Of a stretch of DNA of 64,000 nt, positions 29,994 through 44,900 are shown one piece after another. The position numbers were made by a program, and so were the translations under genes. Source of the stretch: the human T2T-CHM13v2.0 reference genome, Homo sapiens; NCBI RefSeq assembly GCF_009914755.1, contig NC_060934.1; one strand, given 5' to 3'. The notes beneath the pieces were generated by a model. It was not told where the DNA came from, did not search any database, and worked only from the letters and a program-made list of their open reading frames with translations. Each line of letters starts with the position of its first letter. The first letter of the stretch is position 1.

Positions 29994-32900
29994 CAAATGG
30001 AATTCAAAGTAATCATCATCAAATGGAATCGAATGGAATCATCATCAAATGGAATCTAATGGTATCATTGAACGGAATTGAATGGAATTGGCATTGAATG
30101 AATTGAATGCAATCATCGAATGGTCTCTAATGGAATCATCTTCAAATGGAAAGGAATGGAATCATCGCATAGAATCGAATGGAATTATCATTGAATGGAC
30201 TAAAATGGAATCAACATCAAACGGAATCAAACGGAATTATCGAATGGAATCAAAGAGAATCATCGAATGGCCACGAATGGAATCATCTAATGGAATGGAA
30301 TGGAATAATCCATGGACCCGAGTGCAATCATTATCGAATAGAATCGAATGGAATAATCGAATGGACTCGAATGGAATAATCATTGAAACGAATCAAATGA
30401 AATCATCGTCGAATGGAAACGAATGGAATCATCATCGAATTTAAATGAAAGGAGTCATCATCTAATGGAATCGCATGGAATCATCATCAAATGGAATCGA
30501 ATGGAATCATCATCGAATGGAATCTAATGGAATCATTGAACGGAATTGAATGGAATCATCATTGAATGAATTGAATGCAATCATTGAATGGTCTCGAATG
30601 GAAACATCTTCAAATGGAATGGAATGGAATCATCGCATAGAATCGAATGGAATTATCATCGAATGGACTCAAATGGAATCAACATCAATTGGAATCAAAC
30701 GGAATTATCGAATGGAATCGAAGAGAATCATCGAATGACCACGAATGGAATCATCTAATGGAATGGAATGGAATAATCCATGGACCCGAATGCAATCGTC
30801 ATCGAATAGAATCGAATGGAATCATCGAATGGACTCGAATGGAATAATCATTGAACGGAATCGAATGGAATCATCGTCGAATGGAAATGAAAGGAGTCAT
30901 CATCTAATGGAATCGCATGGAATCATCATCAAATGGAATCGAATGGAATCATCATCGAATGGAATCTAATGGAATCATTGAACGGAATTGAATGGAATCG
31001 TCATCGAATGTATTGAATGCAATCATCGAATGGTCTCGAATGGAATCATCTTCAAATGGAATGGAATGGAATCATCGCATAGAATCAAATGGAATTATCA
31101 TCGAATGGACTCAAATGGAATCAACATCAATCGGAATCCAATGGAATTATCGAATGGAATCGAAGAGAATCATCGAATGGACTCGAATGGAATCATCTAA
31201 TGAAATAGAATGGAAGAATCCATGGACTCGAATGCAATCATCATCAAATGGAATCGAATGGAATCGTCGAATGGGCTCGAATGCAATAAACATAGAACGG
31301 AATTGAATGGAATCATCATCGGAGGTAAACGAATGCAATTATCATGGAATGGAATCGAATGTTATCATCAAATGGAATCAGATCGAATCATCATCAAATG
31401 GAATCGAATAGAATTATGGAATGAAATCCAATGTGATCATCATCGAAAGGACTCGAACGGAATCATCATTCAATGGAAACTAATGGAATCAACATCGAAT
31501 GGAATCGAATGGAAACACCATCGAATTGAAACGAATGGAATTATCATGAAATTGAAATGGATGGACTCATCATGGAATGGATTCGAATGGAATCATCGAA
31601 TGAAATTCATTGAAATCATGATCAAATGGAATCGAATGGAATCATTGAATGGAATCGAATGGAATCAACATCAGATGGAAATGAATGGAATCATCAGAGA
31701 ATGGAATCGAATGGATTCATTGAATGGAATCAGATGGAATCATCGAATGGACTTGAATGGAATCATTGAAAGGACTCAAATGGAATCATTATTGAATGGA
31801 ATTGAATGGAATCATCGAATGGTCTCCAATGGAATCATTATCAATGGAATCGAATGGAATCACCGAATAGAATCGAATTGAACAATCATCGAATGGTCTC
31901 AAATGGAATTATCCTCAAATGGAATCGAATGGAATTATCGAATGCAATCGAATGGAATTATCGAATGCAATTGAATAGAATCAACGAATGGACTCGAATG
32001 GAATCATCGAATGGAATGGAATGGAATAGTGAATGAACTTGAATGGAATCATCATTGAATGGAATCGAATGGAATCATCGAGTGGAATCGAATGGAATCA
32101 TGATCAAATGGAATCGAATGTAATCATCATCAAATGGAATCAAAAATAACCATCATCAATTGGTATTGTATGGAATTGTCATCAAATGGAATTCAAAGGA
32201 ATCATCAAATGGAAAAGAATGGAATCATCATCGAATGGAAGCGAAAGGAGTCATCATCTAATGGAATCGCATGGAATCATCATCAAATGGAATCGCACGG
32301 AATCATCATCAAATGGAATCTAATGGAATCATCATCGAATGGAATCTAATGGAATCATTGAACAGAATTGAGTGGAATCTTCATCGAATGAATTGAATGC
32401 AATCATCGAATGGTCTCGAATGGAATCCTCTTCAAATGGAAAGGAATGGAATCATCGCATAGAATCGAATGGAATTATCATTGAATGGACTCGAATGGAA
32501 TCAACATCAAACGGAATCAAATGGAATTATCGAATGCAATCGAAGAGAATCATCGAATGGCCACGAATGGAATCATCTAATGGAATGGAATGGAATAATC
32601 CAGGGACCCGAATGCAATCACCATCAAATAGAATCGAATGGAATCATCGAATGGACTCGAATGGAATAATCATTGAACGGAATCGAATGGAACCATCGTC
32701 GAATGGAAACGAATGGAATCATCATCGAATGCAAATGAAAGGAGTCATCATCTAATGGAATCGCATGGAATCATCATCAAATGGCATCGAATGGAATCAT
32801 CATCGAATGGAATCTAACGGAATCACTGAACGGAATTGAATGGAATCGTCACCGAATGAATTGAATGCAATCATCGAATCGTCTCGAATGGAATCATCTT

Positions 32901-35900
32901 CAAATGGAATGGAATGGAATCTTCGCATAGAATCGAATGGAATTATCATCGAATGTACTCAAATGGAATCAACATCAAACGGAATCAAACGGAATTATCG
33001 AATGGAATCGAAGAGAATCATCGAATGGACTCGAATGGAATCATGTAATGAAATAGAATGGAATAATCCATGGACTCGAATGCAATCATCATCAAATGGA
33101 ATCGAATGGAATCGTCGAATGGACTCGAATGCAACAAACATTGAACGGAATCGAATGGAATCATCACCGGATGGAAACGAATGGAATCATCATCGAATGG
33201 AATCGAATGGAATCATCAAATGGAATCAGATGGAATCATCATCAAATGGAATCGAATAGAATTATGGAATGAAATCCAATGTGATCATCATCGAATTTAC
33301 TCGAATGGAATCAGCATCCAATGGAAACTAATGGAATCAACATCGAATGGAATCGAATGGAAACAATATCGAATTGAAAAGAATGGAATTATCATGAAAT
33401 TGAAATGGATAGACTCATCATCGAATGGATTCGAATGGAATCATCGAATGAAATTGATTGAAATCTTCATCAAATGGAATCAAATGGAATCATTGAATGG
33501 AATCGAATGGAATCATCATCAGATGGAAATGAATGGAATCATCACAGAATGGAATCGAATGGATTCATTGAAGGGAATCAGATGGAATCATCGAATGGAG
33601 TTGAATGGAATCATTGTATGGACTCGAATGGAATCATTATTGAATGGAATTGAACGGAATCATCGAATGGTCCCGAATGGAGACATTATCAAATGGAATC
33701 GAATGGAATCACCGAATATAATCGAATGGAACAATCATCGAATGGACTCAAATGGAATTATCCTCAAATGGAATCGAATGGAATTATCGGATGCAATCGA
33801 ATGGAATTATCGAATGCAATCGAATAGAATCATCAAATGGACTCGAATGGAATCATCGAATGGAAAGGAATGGAATAGTCAGGAACTCGAAAGGAGTCAC
33901 CATTGAATGGAATCGCATGGAATCATCGAGTGGAATCGATTGTAATCATGATCAAATGGAATCGAATGGAATCATCATTGAATGGAATACAATGGAATCA
34001 TCGAGTGGAATCGAATGGAATTATGATCAAATGGAATCGAATGTAATCATCATCAAATGGAATCAAAAATATCCATCATCAATTGGTATTGAATGGAATT
34101 GTCATCAAATGGAATTCAAAGGAATTATCGTCAAATGGAACCGAATGGAATCCTCATTGAATGGAAATGAAAGGAGTCATCATCTAATGGAATCGCATGG
34201 AATCATCATCACATGGAATCGAATGGAATCATCATCGAATGGAATCTAATGGAATCATTGAATGGAATTAAATGGAATCGTCATCGAATGAATTGAATGC
34301 AATCATCGAATGGTGTCGAATGGAATCATCTTCAAATGGAAAGGAATGGAATCATCGCATAGAATCGAATGGAATTGTCATTGAATGGACTCGAATGGAA
34401 ACAAATGGAATTCAAAGTAATCATCATCAAATGGAATCGAATGGAATCATCATCAAATGGAATCTAATGGTATCATTGAACGGAATTGAATGGAATTGGC
34501 ATTGAATGAATTGAATGCAATCAACGAATGGTCTCTAATGGAATCATCTTCAAATGGAAAGGAATGGAATCATCGCATAGAATCGAATGGAATTATCATT
34601 GAATGGACTAAAATGGAATCAACATCAATCGGAATCAAACGGAATTATCGAATGGAATCAAAGAGAACCATCGAATGGCCACGAATGGAATCATCTAATG
34701 GAATGGAATGGAATAATCCATGGACCCGAGTGCAATCATTCTCGAATAGAATCGAATGGAATAATCGAATGGACTCGAATGGAATAATCATTGAAAGGAA
34801 TCAAATGAAATCATCGTCGAATGGAAACGAATGGAATCATCATCGAATTTAAATGAAAGGAGTCATCATCTAATGGAATGGCATGGAATCATCATCAAAT
34901 GGAATCGAATGGAATCATCATCGAATGGAATCTAATGGAATCATTGAACGGAATTGAATGGAATCATCATTGAATGAATTGAATGCAATCATTGAATGGT
35001 CTCGAATGGAAACATCTTCAAATGGAATGGAATGGAATCATCGCATAGAATCGAATGGAATTATCATCGAATGGACTCAAATGGAATCAACATCAATTGG
35101 AATCAAACGGAATTATCGAATGGAATCGAAGAGAATCATCGAATGACCACGAATGGAATCATCTAATGGAATGGAATGGAATAATCCATGGACCCGAATG
35201 CAATCGTCATCGAATAGAATCGAATGGAATCATCGAATGGACTCGAATGGAATCATCATTGAACGGAATCGAATGGAATCATCGTCGAATGGAAATGAAA
35301 GGAGTCATCATCTAATGGAATCGCATGGAATCATCATCAAATGGAATCGAATGGAATCATCATCGAATGGAATCTAATGGAATCATTGAACGGAATTGAA
35401 TGGAATCGTCATCGAATGTATTGAATGCAATCATCGAATGGTCTCGAATGGAATCATCTTCAAATGGAATGGAATGGAATCATCGCATAGAATCGAATGG
35501 AATTATCATCGAATGGACTCAAATGGAATCAACATCAATCGGAATCCAATGGAATTATCGAATGGAATCGAAGAGAATCATCGAATGGACTCGAATGGAA
35601 TCATCTAATGAAATAGAATGGAAGAATCCATGGACTCGAACGCAATCATCATCAAATGGAATCGAATGGAATCGTCGAATGGACTCGAATGCAATAAACA
35701 TAGAACGGAATTGAATGGAATCATCATCGGAGGTAAACGAATGCAATTATCATGGAATGGAATCGAATGTTATCATCAAATGGAATCAGATCGAATCATC
35801 ATCAAATGGAATCGAATAGAATTATGGAATGAAATCCAATGTGATCATCATCGAAAGGACTCGAACGGAATCATCATTCAATGGAAACTAATGGAATCGA

Positions 35901-38900
35901 CATCGAATGGAATCGAATGGAAACACCATCGAATTGAAACGAATGGAATTATCATGAAATTGAAATGGATGGACTCATCATGGAATGGATTCGAATGGAA
36001 TCATCGAACGAAATTCATTGAAATCATCATCAAATGGAATCGAATGGAATCATTGAATGGAATCGAATGGAATCAACATCAGATGGAAATGAATGGAATC
36101 ATCAGAGAATGGAATCGAATGGATTCATTGAATGGAATCAGATGGAATCATCGAATGGACTTGAATGGAATCATTGAAAGGACTCAAATGGAATCATTAT
36201 TGAATGGAATTGAATGGAATCATCGAATGGTCTCCAATGGAATCATTATCAATGGAATCGAATGGAATCACCGAATAGAATCGAATTGAACAATCATCGA
36301 ATGGTCTCAAATGGAATTATCCTCAAATGGAATCGAATGGAATTATCGAATGCAATCGAATGGAATTATCGAATGCAATTGAATAGAATCAACGAATGGA
36401 CTCGAATGGAATCATCGAATGGAATGGAATGGAATAGTGAATGAACTTGAATGGAATCATCATTGAATGGAATCGAATGGAATCATCGAGTGGAATCGAA
36501 TGGAATCATGATCAAATGGAATCGAATGTAATCATCATCAAATGGAATCAAAAATAACCATCATCAATTGGTATTGTATGGAATTGTCATCAAATGGAAT
36601 TCAAAGGAATCATCAAATGGAAAAGAATGGAATCATCATCGAATGGAAGCGAAAGGAGTCATCATCTAATGGAATCGCATGGAATCATCATCAAATGGAA
36701 TCGCACGGAATCATCATCAAATGGAATCTAATGGAATCATCATCGAATGGAATCTAATGGAATCATTGAACAGAATTGAGTGGAATCTTCATCGAATGAA
36801 TTGAATGCAATCATCGAATGGTCTCGAATGGAATCCTCTTCAAATGGAAAGGAATGGAATCATCGCATAGAATCGAATGGAATTATCATTGAATGGACTC
36901 GAATGGAATCAACATCAAACGGAATCAAATGGAATTATCGAATGCAATCGAAGAGAATCATCGAATGGCCACGAATGGAATCATCTAATGGAATGGAATG
37001 GAATAATCCAGGGACCCGAATGCAATCACCATCAAATAGAATCGAATGGAATCATCGAATGGACTCGAATGGAATAATCATTGAACGGAATCGAATGGAA
37101 CCATCGTCGAATGGAAACGAATGGAATCATCATCGAATGCAAATGAAAGGAGTCATCATCTAATGGAATCGCATGGAATCATCATCAAATGGCATCGAAT
37201 GGAATCATCATCGAATGGAATCTAACGGAATCACTGAACGGAATTGAATGGAATCGTCACCGAATGAATTGAATGCAATCATCGAATCGTCTCGAATGGA
37301 ATCATCTTCAAATGGAATGGAATGGAATCTTCGCATAGAATCGAATGGAATTATCATCGAATGTACTCAAATGGAATCAACATCAAACGGAATCAAACGG
37401 AATTATCGAATGGAATCGAAGAGAATCATCGAATGGACTCGAATGGAATCATGTAATGAAATAGAATGGAATAATCCATGGACTCGAATGCAATCATCAT
37501 CAAATGGAATCGAATGGAATCGTCGAATGGACTCGAATGCAACAAACATTGAACGGAATCGAATGGAATCATCACCGGATGGAAACGAATGGAATCATCA
37601 TCGAATGGAATCGAATGGAATCATCAAATGGAATCAGATGGAATCATCATCAAATGGAATCGAATAGAATTATGGAATGAAATCCAATGTGATCATCATC
37701 GAATTTACTCGAATGGAATCAGCATCCAATGGAAACTAATGGAATCAACATCGAATGGAATCGAATGGAAACAATATCAAATTGAAAAGAATGGAATTAT
37801 CATGAAATTGAAATGGATAGACTCATCATCGAATGGATTCGAATGGAATCATCGAATGAAATTGATTGAAATCTTCATCAAATGGAATCAAATGGAATCA
37901 TTGAATGGAATCGAATGGAATCATCATCAGATGGAAATGAATGGAATCATCACAGAATGGAATCGAATGGATTCATTGAAGGGAATCAGATGGAATCATC
38001 GAATGGAGTTGAATGGAATCATTGTATGGACTCGAATGGAATCATTATTGAATGGAATTGAACGGAATCATCGAATGGTCCCGAATGGAGACATTATCAA
38101 ATGGAATCGAATGGAATCACCGAATATAATCGAATGGAACAATCATCGAATGGACTCAAATGGAATTATCCTCAAATGGAATCGAATGGAATTATCGGAT
38201 GCAATCGAATGGAATTATCGAATGCAATCGAATAGAATCATCAAATGGACTCGAATGGAATCATCGAATGGAAAGGAATGGAATAGTCAGGAACTCGAAT
38301 GGAGTCACCATTGAATGGAATCGCATGGAATCATCGAGTGGAATCGATTGTAATCATGATCAAATGGAATCGAATGGAATCATCATTGAATGGAATACAA
38401 TGGAATCATCGAGTGGAATCGAATGGAATTATGATCAAATGGAATCGAATGTAATCATCATCAAATGGAATCAAAAATATCCATCATCAATTGGTATTGA
38501 ATGGAATTGTCATCAAATGGAATTCAAAGGAATTATCGTCAAATGGAACCGAATGGAATCCTCATTGAATGGAAATGAAAGGAGTCATCATCTAATGGAA
38601 TCGCATGGAATCATCATCACATGGAATCGAATGGAATCATCATCGAATGGAATCTAATGGAATCATTGAACGGAATTAAATGGAATCGTCATCGAATGAA
38701 TTGAATGCAATCATCGAATGGTGTCGAATGGAATCATCTTCAAATGGAAAGGAATGGAATCATCGCATAGAATCGAATGGAATTGTCATTGAATGGACTC
38801 GAATGGAAACAAATGGAATTCAAAGTAATCATCATCAAATGGAATCGAATGGAATCATCATCAAATGGAATCTAATGGTATCATTGAACGGAATTGAATG

Positions 38901-41900
38901 GAATTGGCATTGAATGAATTGAATGCAATCAACGAATGGTCTCTAATGGAATCATCTTCAAATGGAAAGGAATGGAATCATCGCATAGAATCGAATGGAA
39001 TTATCATTGAATGGACTAAAATGGAATCAACATCAATCGGAATCAAACGGAATTATCGAATGGAATCAAAGAGAACCATCGAATGGCCACGAATGGAATC
39101 ATCTAATGGAATGGAATGGAATAATCCATGGACCCGAGTGCAATCATTATCGAATAGAATCGAATGGAATAATCGAATGGACTCGAATGGAATAATCATT
39201 GAAACGAATCAAATGAAATCATCGTCGAATGGAAACGAATGGAATCATCATCGAATTTAAATGAAAGGAGTCATCATCTAATGGAATCGCATGGAATCAT
39301 CATCAAATGGAATCGAATGGAATCATCATCGAATGGAATCTAATGGAATCATTGAACGGAATTGAATGGAATCATCATTGAATGAATTGAATGCAATCAT
39401 TGAATGGTCTCGAATGGAAACATCTTCAAATGGAATGGAATGGAATCATCGCATAGAATCGAATGGAATTATCATCGAATGGACTCAAATGGAATCAACA
39501 TCAATTGGAATCAAACGGAATTATCGAATGGAATCGAAGAGAATCATCGAATGACCACGAATGGAATCATCTAATGGAATGGAATGGAATAATCCATGGA
39601 CCCGAATGCAATCGTCATCGAATAGAATCGAATGGAATCATCGAATGGACTCGAATGGAATCATCATTGAACGGAATCGAATGGAATCATCGTCGAATGG
39701 AAATGAAAGGAGTCATCATCTAATGGAATCGCATGGAATCATCATCAAATGGAATCGAATGGAATCATCATCGAATGGAATCTAATGGAATCATTGAACG
39801 GAATTGAATGGAATCGTCATCGAATGTATTGAATGCAATCATCGAATGGTCTCGAATGGAATCATCTTCAAATGGAATGGAATGGAATCATCGCATAGAA
39901 TCGAATGGAATTATCATCGAATGGACTCAAATGGAATCAACATCAATCGGAATCCAATGGAATTATCGAATGGAATCGAAGAGAATCATCGAATGGACTC
40001 GAATGGAATCATCTAATGAAATAGAATGGAAGAATCCATGGACTCGAACGCAATCATCATCAAATGGAATCGAATGGAATCGTCGAATGGACTCGAATGC
40101 AATAAACATAGAACGGAATTGAATGGAATCATCATCGGAGGTAAACGAATGCAATTATCATGGAATGGAATCGAATGTTATCATCAAATGGAATCAGATC
40201 GAATCATCATCAAATGGAATCGAATAGAATTATGGAATGAAATCCAATGTGATCATCATCGAAAGGACTCGAACGGAATCATCATTCAATGGAAACTAAT
40301 GGAATCGACATCGAATGGAATCGAATGGAAACACCATCGAATTGAAACGAATGGAATTATCATGAAATTGAAATGGATGGACTCATCATGGAATGGATTC
40401 GAATGGAATCATCGAACGAAATTCATTGAAATCATCATCAAATGGAATCGAATGGAATCATTGAATGGAATCGAATGGAATCAACATCAGATGGAAATGA
40501 ATGGAATCATCAGAGAATGGAATCGAATGGATTCATTGAATGGAATCAGATGGAATCATCGAATGGACTTGAATGGAATCATTGAAAGGACTCAAATGGA
40601 ATCATTATTGAATGGAATTGAATGGAATCATCGAATGGTCTCCAATGGAATCATTATCAATGGAATCGAATGGAATCACCGAATAGAATCGAATTGAACA
40701 ATCATCGAATGGTCTCAAATGGAATTATCCTCAAATGGAATCGAATGGAATTATCGAATGCAATCGAATGGAATTATCGAATGCAATTGAATAGAATCAA
40801 CGAATGGACTCGAATGGAATCATCGAATGGAATGGAATGGAATAGTGAATGAACTTGAATGGAATCATCATTGAATGGAATCGAATGGAATCATCGAGTG
40901 GAATCGAATGGAATCATGATCAAATGGAATCGAATGTAATCATCATCAAATGGAATCAAAAATAACCATCATCAATTGGTATTGTATGGAATTGTCATCA
41001 AATGGAATTCAAAGGAATCATCAAATGGAAAAGAATGGAATCATCATCGAATGGAAGCGAAAGGAGTCATCATCTAATGGAATCGCATGGAATCATCATC
41101 AAATGGAATCGCACGGAATCATCATCAAATGGAATCTAATGGAATCATCATCGAATGGAATCTAATGGAATCATTGAACAGAATTGAGTGGAATCTTCAT
41201 CGAATAAATTGAATGCAATCATCGAATGGTCTCGAATGGAATCATCTTCAAATGGAAAGGAATGGAATCATCGCATAGAATCGAATGGAATTATCATTGA
41301 ATGGACTCGAATGGAATCAACATCAAACGAATCAAATGGAATTATCGAATGCAATCGAAGAGAATCATCGAATGGCCACGAATGGAATCATCTAATGGAA
41401 TGGAATGGAATAATCCAGGGACCCGAATGCAATCACCATCAAATAGCATCGAATGGAATCATCGAATGGACTCGAATGGAATAATCATTGAACGGAATCG
41501 AATGGAACCATCGTCGAATGGAAACGAATGGAATCATCATCGAATGCAAATGAAAGGAGTCATCATCTAATGGAATCGCATGGAATCATCATCAAATGGC
41601 ATCGAATGGAATCATCATCGAATGGAATCTAACGGAATCACTGAACGGAATTGAATGGAATCGTCACCGAATGAATTGAATGCAATCATCGAATCGTCTC
41701 GAATGGAATCATCTTCAAATGGAATGGAATGGAATCTTCGCATAGAATCGAATGGAATTATCATCGAATGTACTCAAATGGAATCAACATCAAACGGAAT
41801 CAAACGGAATTATCGAATGGAATCGAAGAGAATCATCGAATGGACTCGAATGGAATCATGTAATGAAATAGAATGGAATAATCCATGGACTCGAATGCAA

Positions 41901-44900
41901 TCATCATCAAATGGAATCGAATGGAATCGTCGAATGGACTCGAATGCAACAAACATTGAACGGAATCGAATGGAATCATCACCGGATGGAAACGAATGGA
42001 ATCATCATCGAATGGAATCGAATGGAATCATCAAATGGAATCAGATGGAATCATCATCAAATGGAATCGAATAGAATTATGGAATGAAATCCAATGTGAT
42101 CATCATCGAATTTACTCGAATAGAATCAGCATCCAATGGAAACTAATGGAATCAACATCGAATGGAATCGAATGGAAACAATATCGAATTGAAAAGAATG
42201 GAATTATCATGAAATTGAAATGGATAGACTCATCATCGAATGGATTCGAATGGAATCATCGAATGAAATTGATTGAAATCTTCATCAAATGGAATCAAAT
42301 GGAATCATTGAATGGAATCGAATGGAATCATCATCAGATGGAAATGAATGGAATCATCACAGAATGGAATCGAATGGATTCATTGAAGGGAATCAGATGG
42401 AATCATCGAATGGAGTTGAATGGAATCATTGTATGGACTCGAATGGAATCATTATTGAATGGAATTGAACGGAATCATCGAATGGTCCCGAATGGAGACA
42501 TTATCAAATGGAATCGAATGGAATCACCGAATATAATCGAATGGAACAATCATCGAATGGACTCAAATGGAATTATCCTCAAATGGAATCGAATGGAATT
42601 ATCGGATGCAATCGAATGGAATTATCGAATGCAATCGAATAGAATCATCAAATGGACTCGAATGGAATCATCGAATGGAAAGGAATGGAATAGTCAGGAA
42701 CTCGAATGGAGTCACCATTGAATGGAATCGCATGGAATCATCGAGTGGAATCGATTGTAATCATGATCAAATGGAATCGAATGGAATCATCATTGAATGG
42801 AATACAATGGAATCATCGAGTGGAATCGAATGGAATTATGATCAAATGGAATCGAATGTAATCATCATCAAATGGAATCAAAAATATCCATCATCAATTG
42901 GTATTGAATGGAATTGTCATCAAATGGAATTCAAAGGAATTATCATCAAATGGAACCGAATGGAATCCTCATTGAATGGAAATGAAAGGAGTCATCATCT
43001 AATGGAATCGCATGGAATCATCATCACATGGAATCGAATGGAATCATCATCGAATGGAATCTAATGGAATCATTGAACGGAATTGAATGGAATCGTCATC
43101 GAATGAATTGAATGCAATCATCGAATGGTGTCGAATGGAATCATCTTCAAATGGAAAGGAATGGAATCATCGCATAGAATCGAATGGAATTGTCATTGAA
43201 TGGACTCGAATGGAAACAAATGGAATTCAAAGTAATCATCATCAAATGGAATCGAATGGAATCATCATCAAATGGAATCTAATGGTATCATTGAACGGAA
43301 TTGAATGAAATTGGCATTGAATGAATTGAATGCAATCATCGAATGGTCTCTAATGGAATCATCTTCAAATGGAAAGGAATGGAATCATCGCATAGAATCG
43401 AATGGAATTATCATTGAATGGACTAAAATGGAATCAACATCAATCGGAATCAAACGGAATTATCGAATGGAATCAAAGAGAATCATCGAATGGCCACGAA
43501 TGGAATCATATAATGGAATGGAATGGAATAATCCATGGACCCGAGTGCAATCATTATCGAATAGAATCGAATGGAATAATCGAATGGACTCGAATGGAAT
43601 AATCATTGAAAGGAATCAAATGAAATCATCGTCGAATGGAAACGAATGGAATCATCATCGAATTTAAATGAAAGGAGTCATCATCTAATGGAATCGCATG
43701 GAATCATCATCAAATGGAATCGAATGGAATCATCATCGAATGGAATCTAATGGAATCATTGAACGGAATTGAATGGAATCATCATTGAATGAATTGAATG
43801 CAATCATTGAATGGTCTCGAATGGAAACATCTTCAAATGGAATGGAATGGAATCATCGCATAGAATCGAATGGAATTATCATTGAATGGACTCAAATGGA
43901 ATCAACATCAAACGGAATCAAACGGAATTATCGAATGGAATCGAAGAGAATCATCGAATGACCACGAATGGAATCATCTAATGGAATGGAATGGAATAAT
44001 CCATGGACCCGAATGCAATCGTCATCGAATAGAATCGAATGGAATCATCGAATGGACTCGAATGGAATCATCATTGAACGGAATCGAATGGAATCATCGT
44101 CGAATGGAAATGAAAGGAGTCATCATCTAATGGAATCGCATGGAATCATCATCAAATGGAATCGAATGGAATCATCATCGAATGGAATCTAATGGAATCA
44201 TTGAACGGAATTGAATGGAATCGTCATCGAATGTATTGAATGCAATCATCGAATGGTCTCGAATGGAATCATCTTCAAATGGAATGGAATGGAATCATCG
44301 CATAGAATCGAATGGAATTATCATCGAATGGACTCAAATGGAATCAACATCAATCGGAATCCAATGGAATTATCGAATGGAATCGAAGAGAATCATCGAA
44401 TGGACTCGAATGGAATCATCTAATGAAATAGAATGGAAGAATCCATGGACTCGAATGCAATCATCATCAAATGGAATCGAATGGAATCGTCGAATGGACT
44501 CGAATGCAATAAACATAGAACGGAATTGAATGGAATCATCATCGGAGGTAAACGAATGCAATTATCATGGAATGGAATCGAATGTTATCATCAAATGGAA
44601 TCAGATGGAATCATCATCAAATGGAATCGAATAGAATTATGGAATGAAATCCAATGTGATCATCATCGAATGGACTCGAACGGAATCATCATTCAATGGA
44701 AACTAATGGAATCAACATCGAATGGAATCGAATGGAAACACCATCGAATTGAAACGAATGGAATTATCATGAAATTGAAATGGATGGACTCATCATGGAA
44801 TGGATTCGAATGGAATCATCGAATGAAATTCATTGAAATCATCATCAAATGGAATCGAATGGAATCATTGAATGGAATCGAATGGAATCAACATCAGATG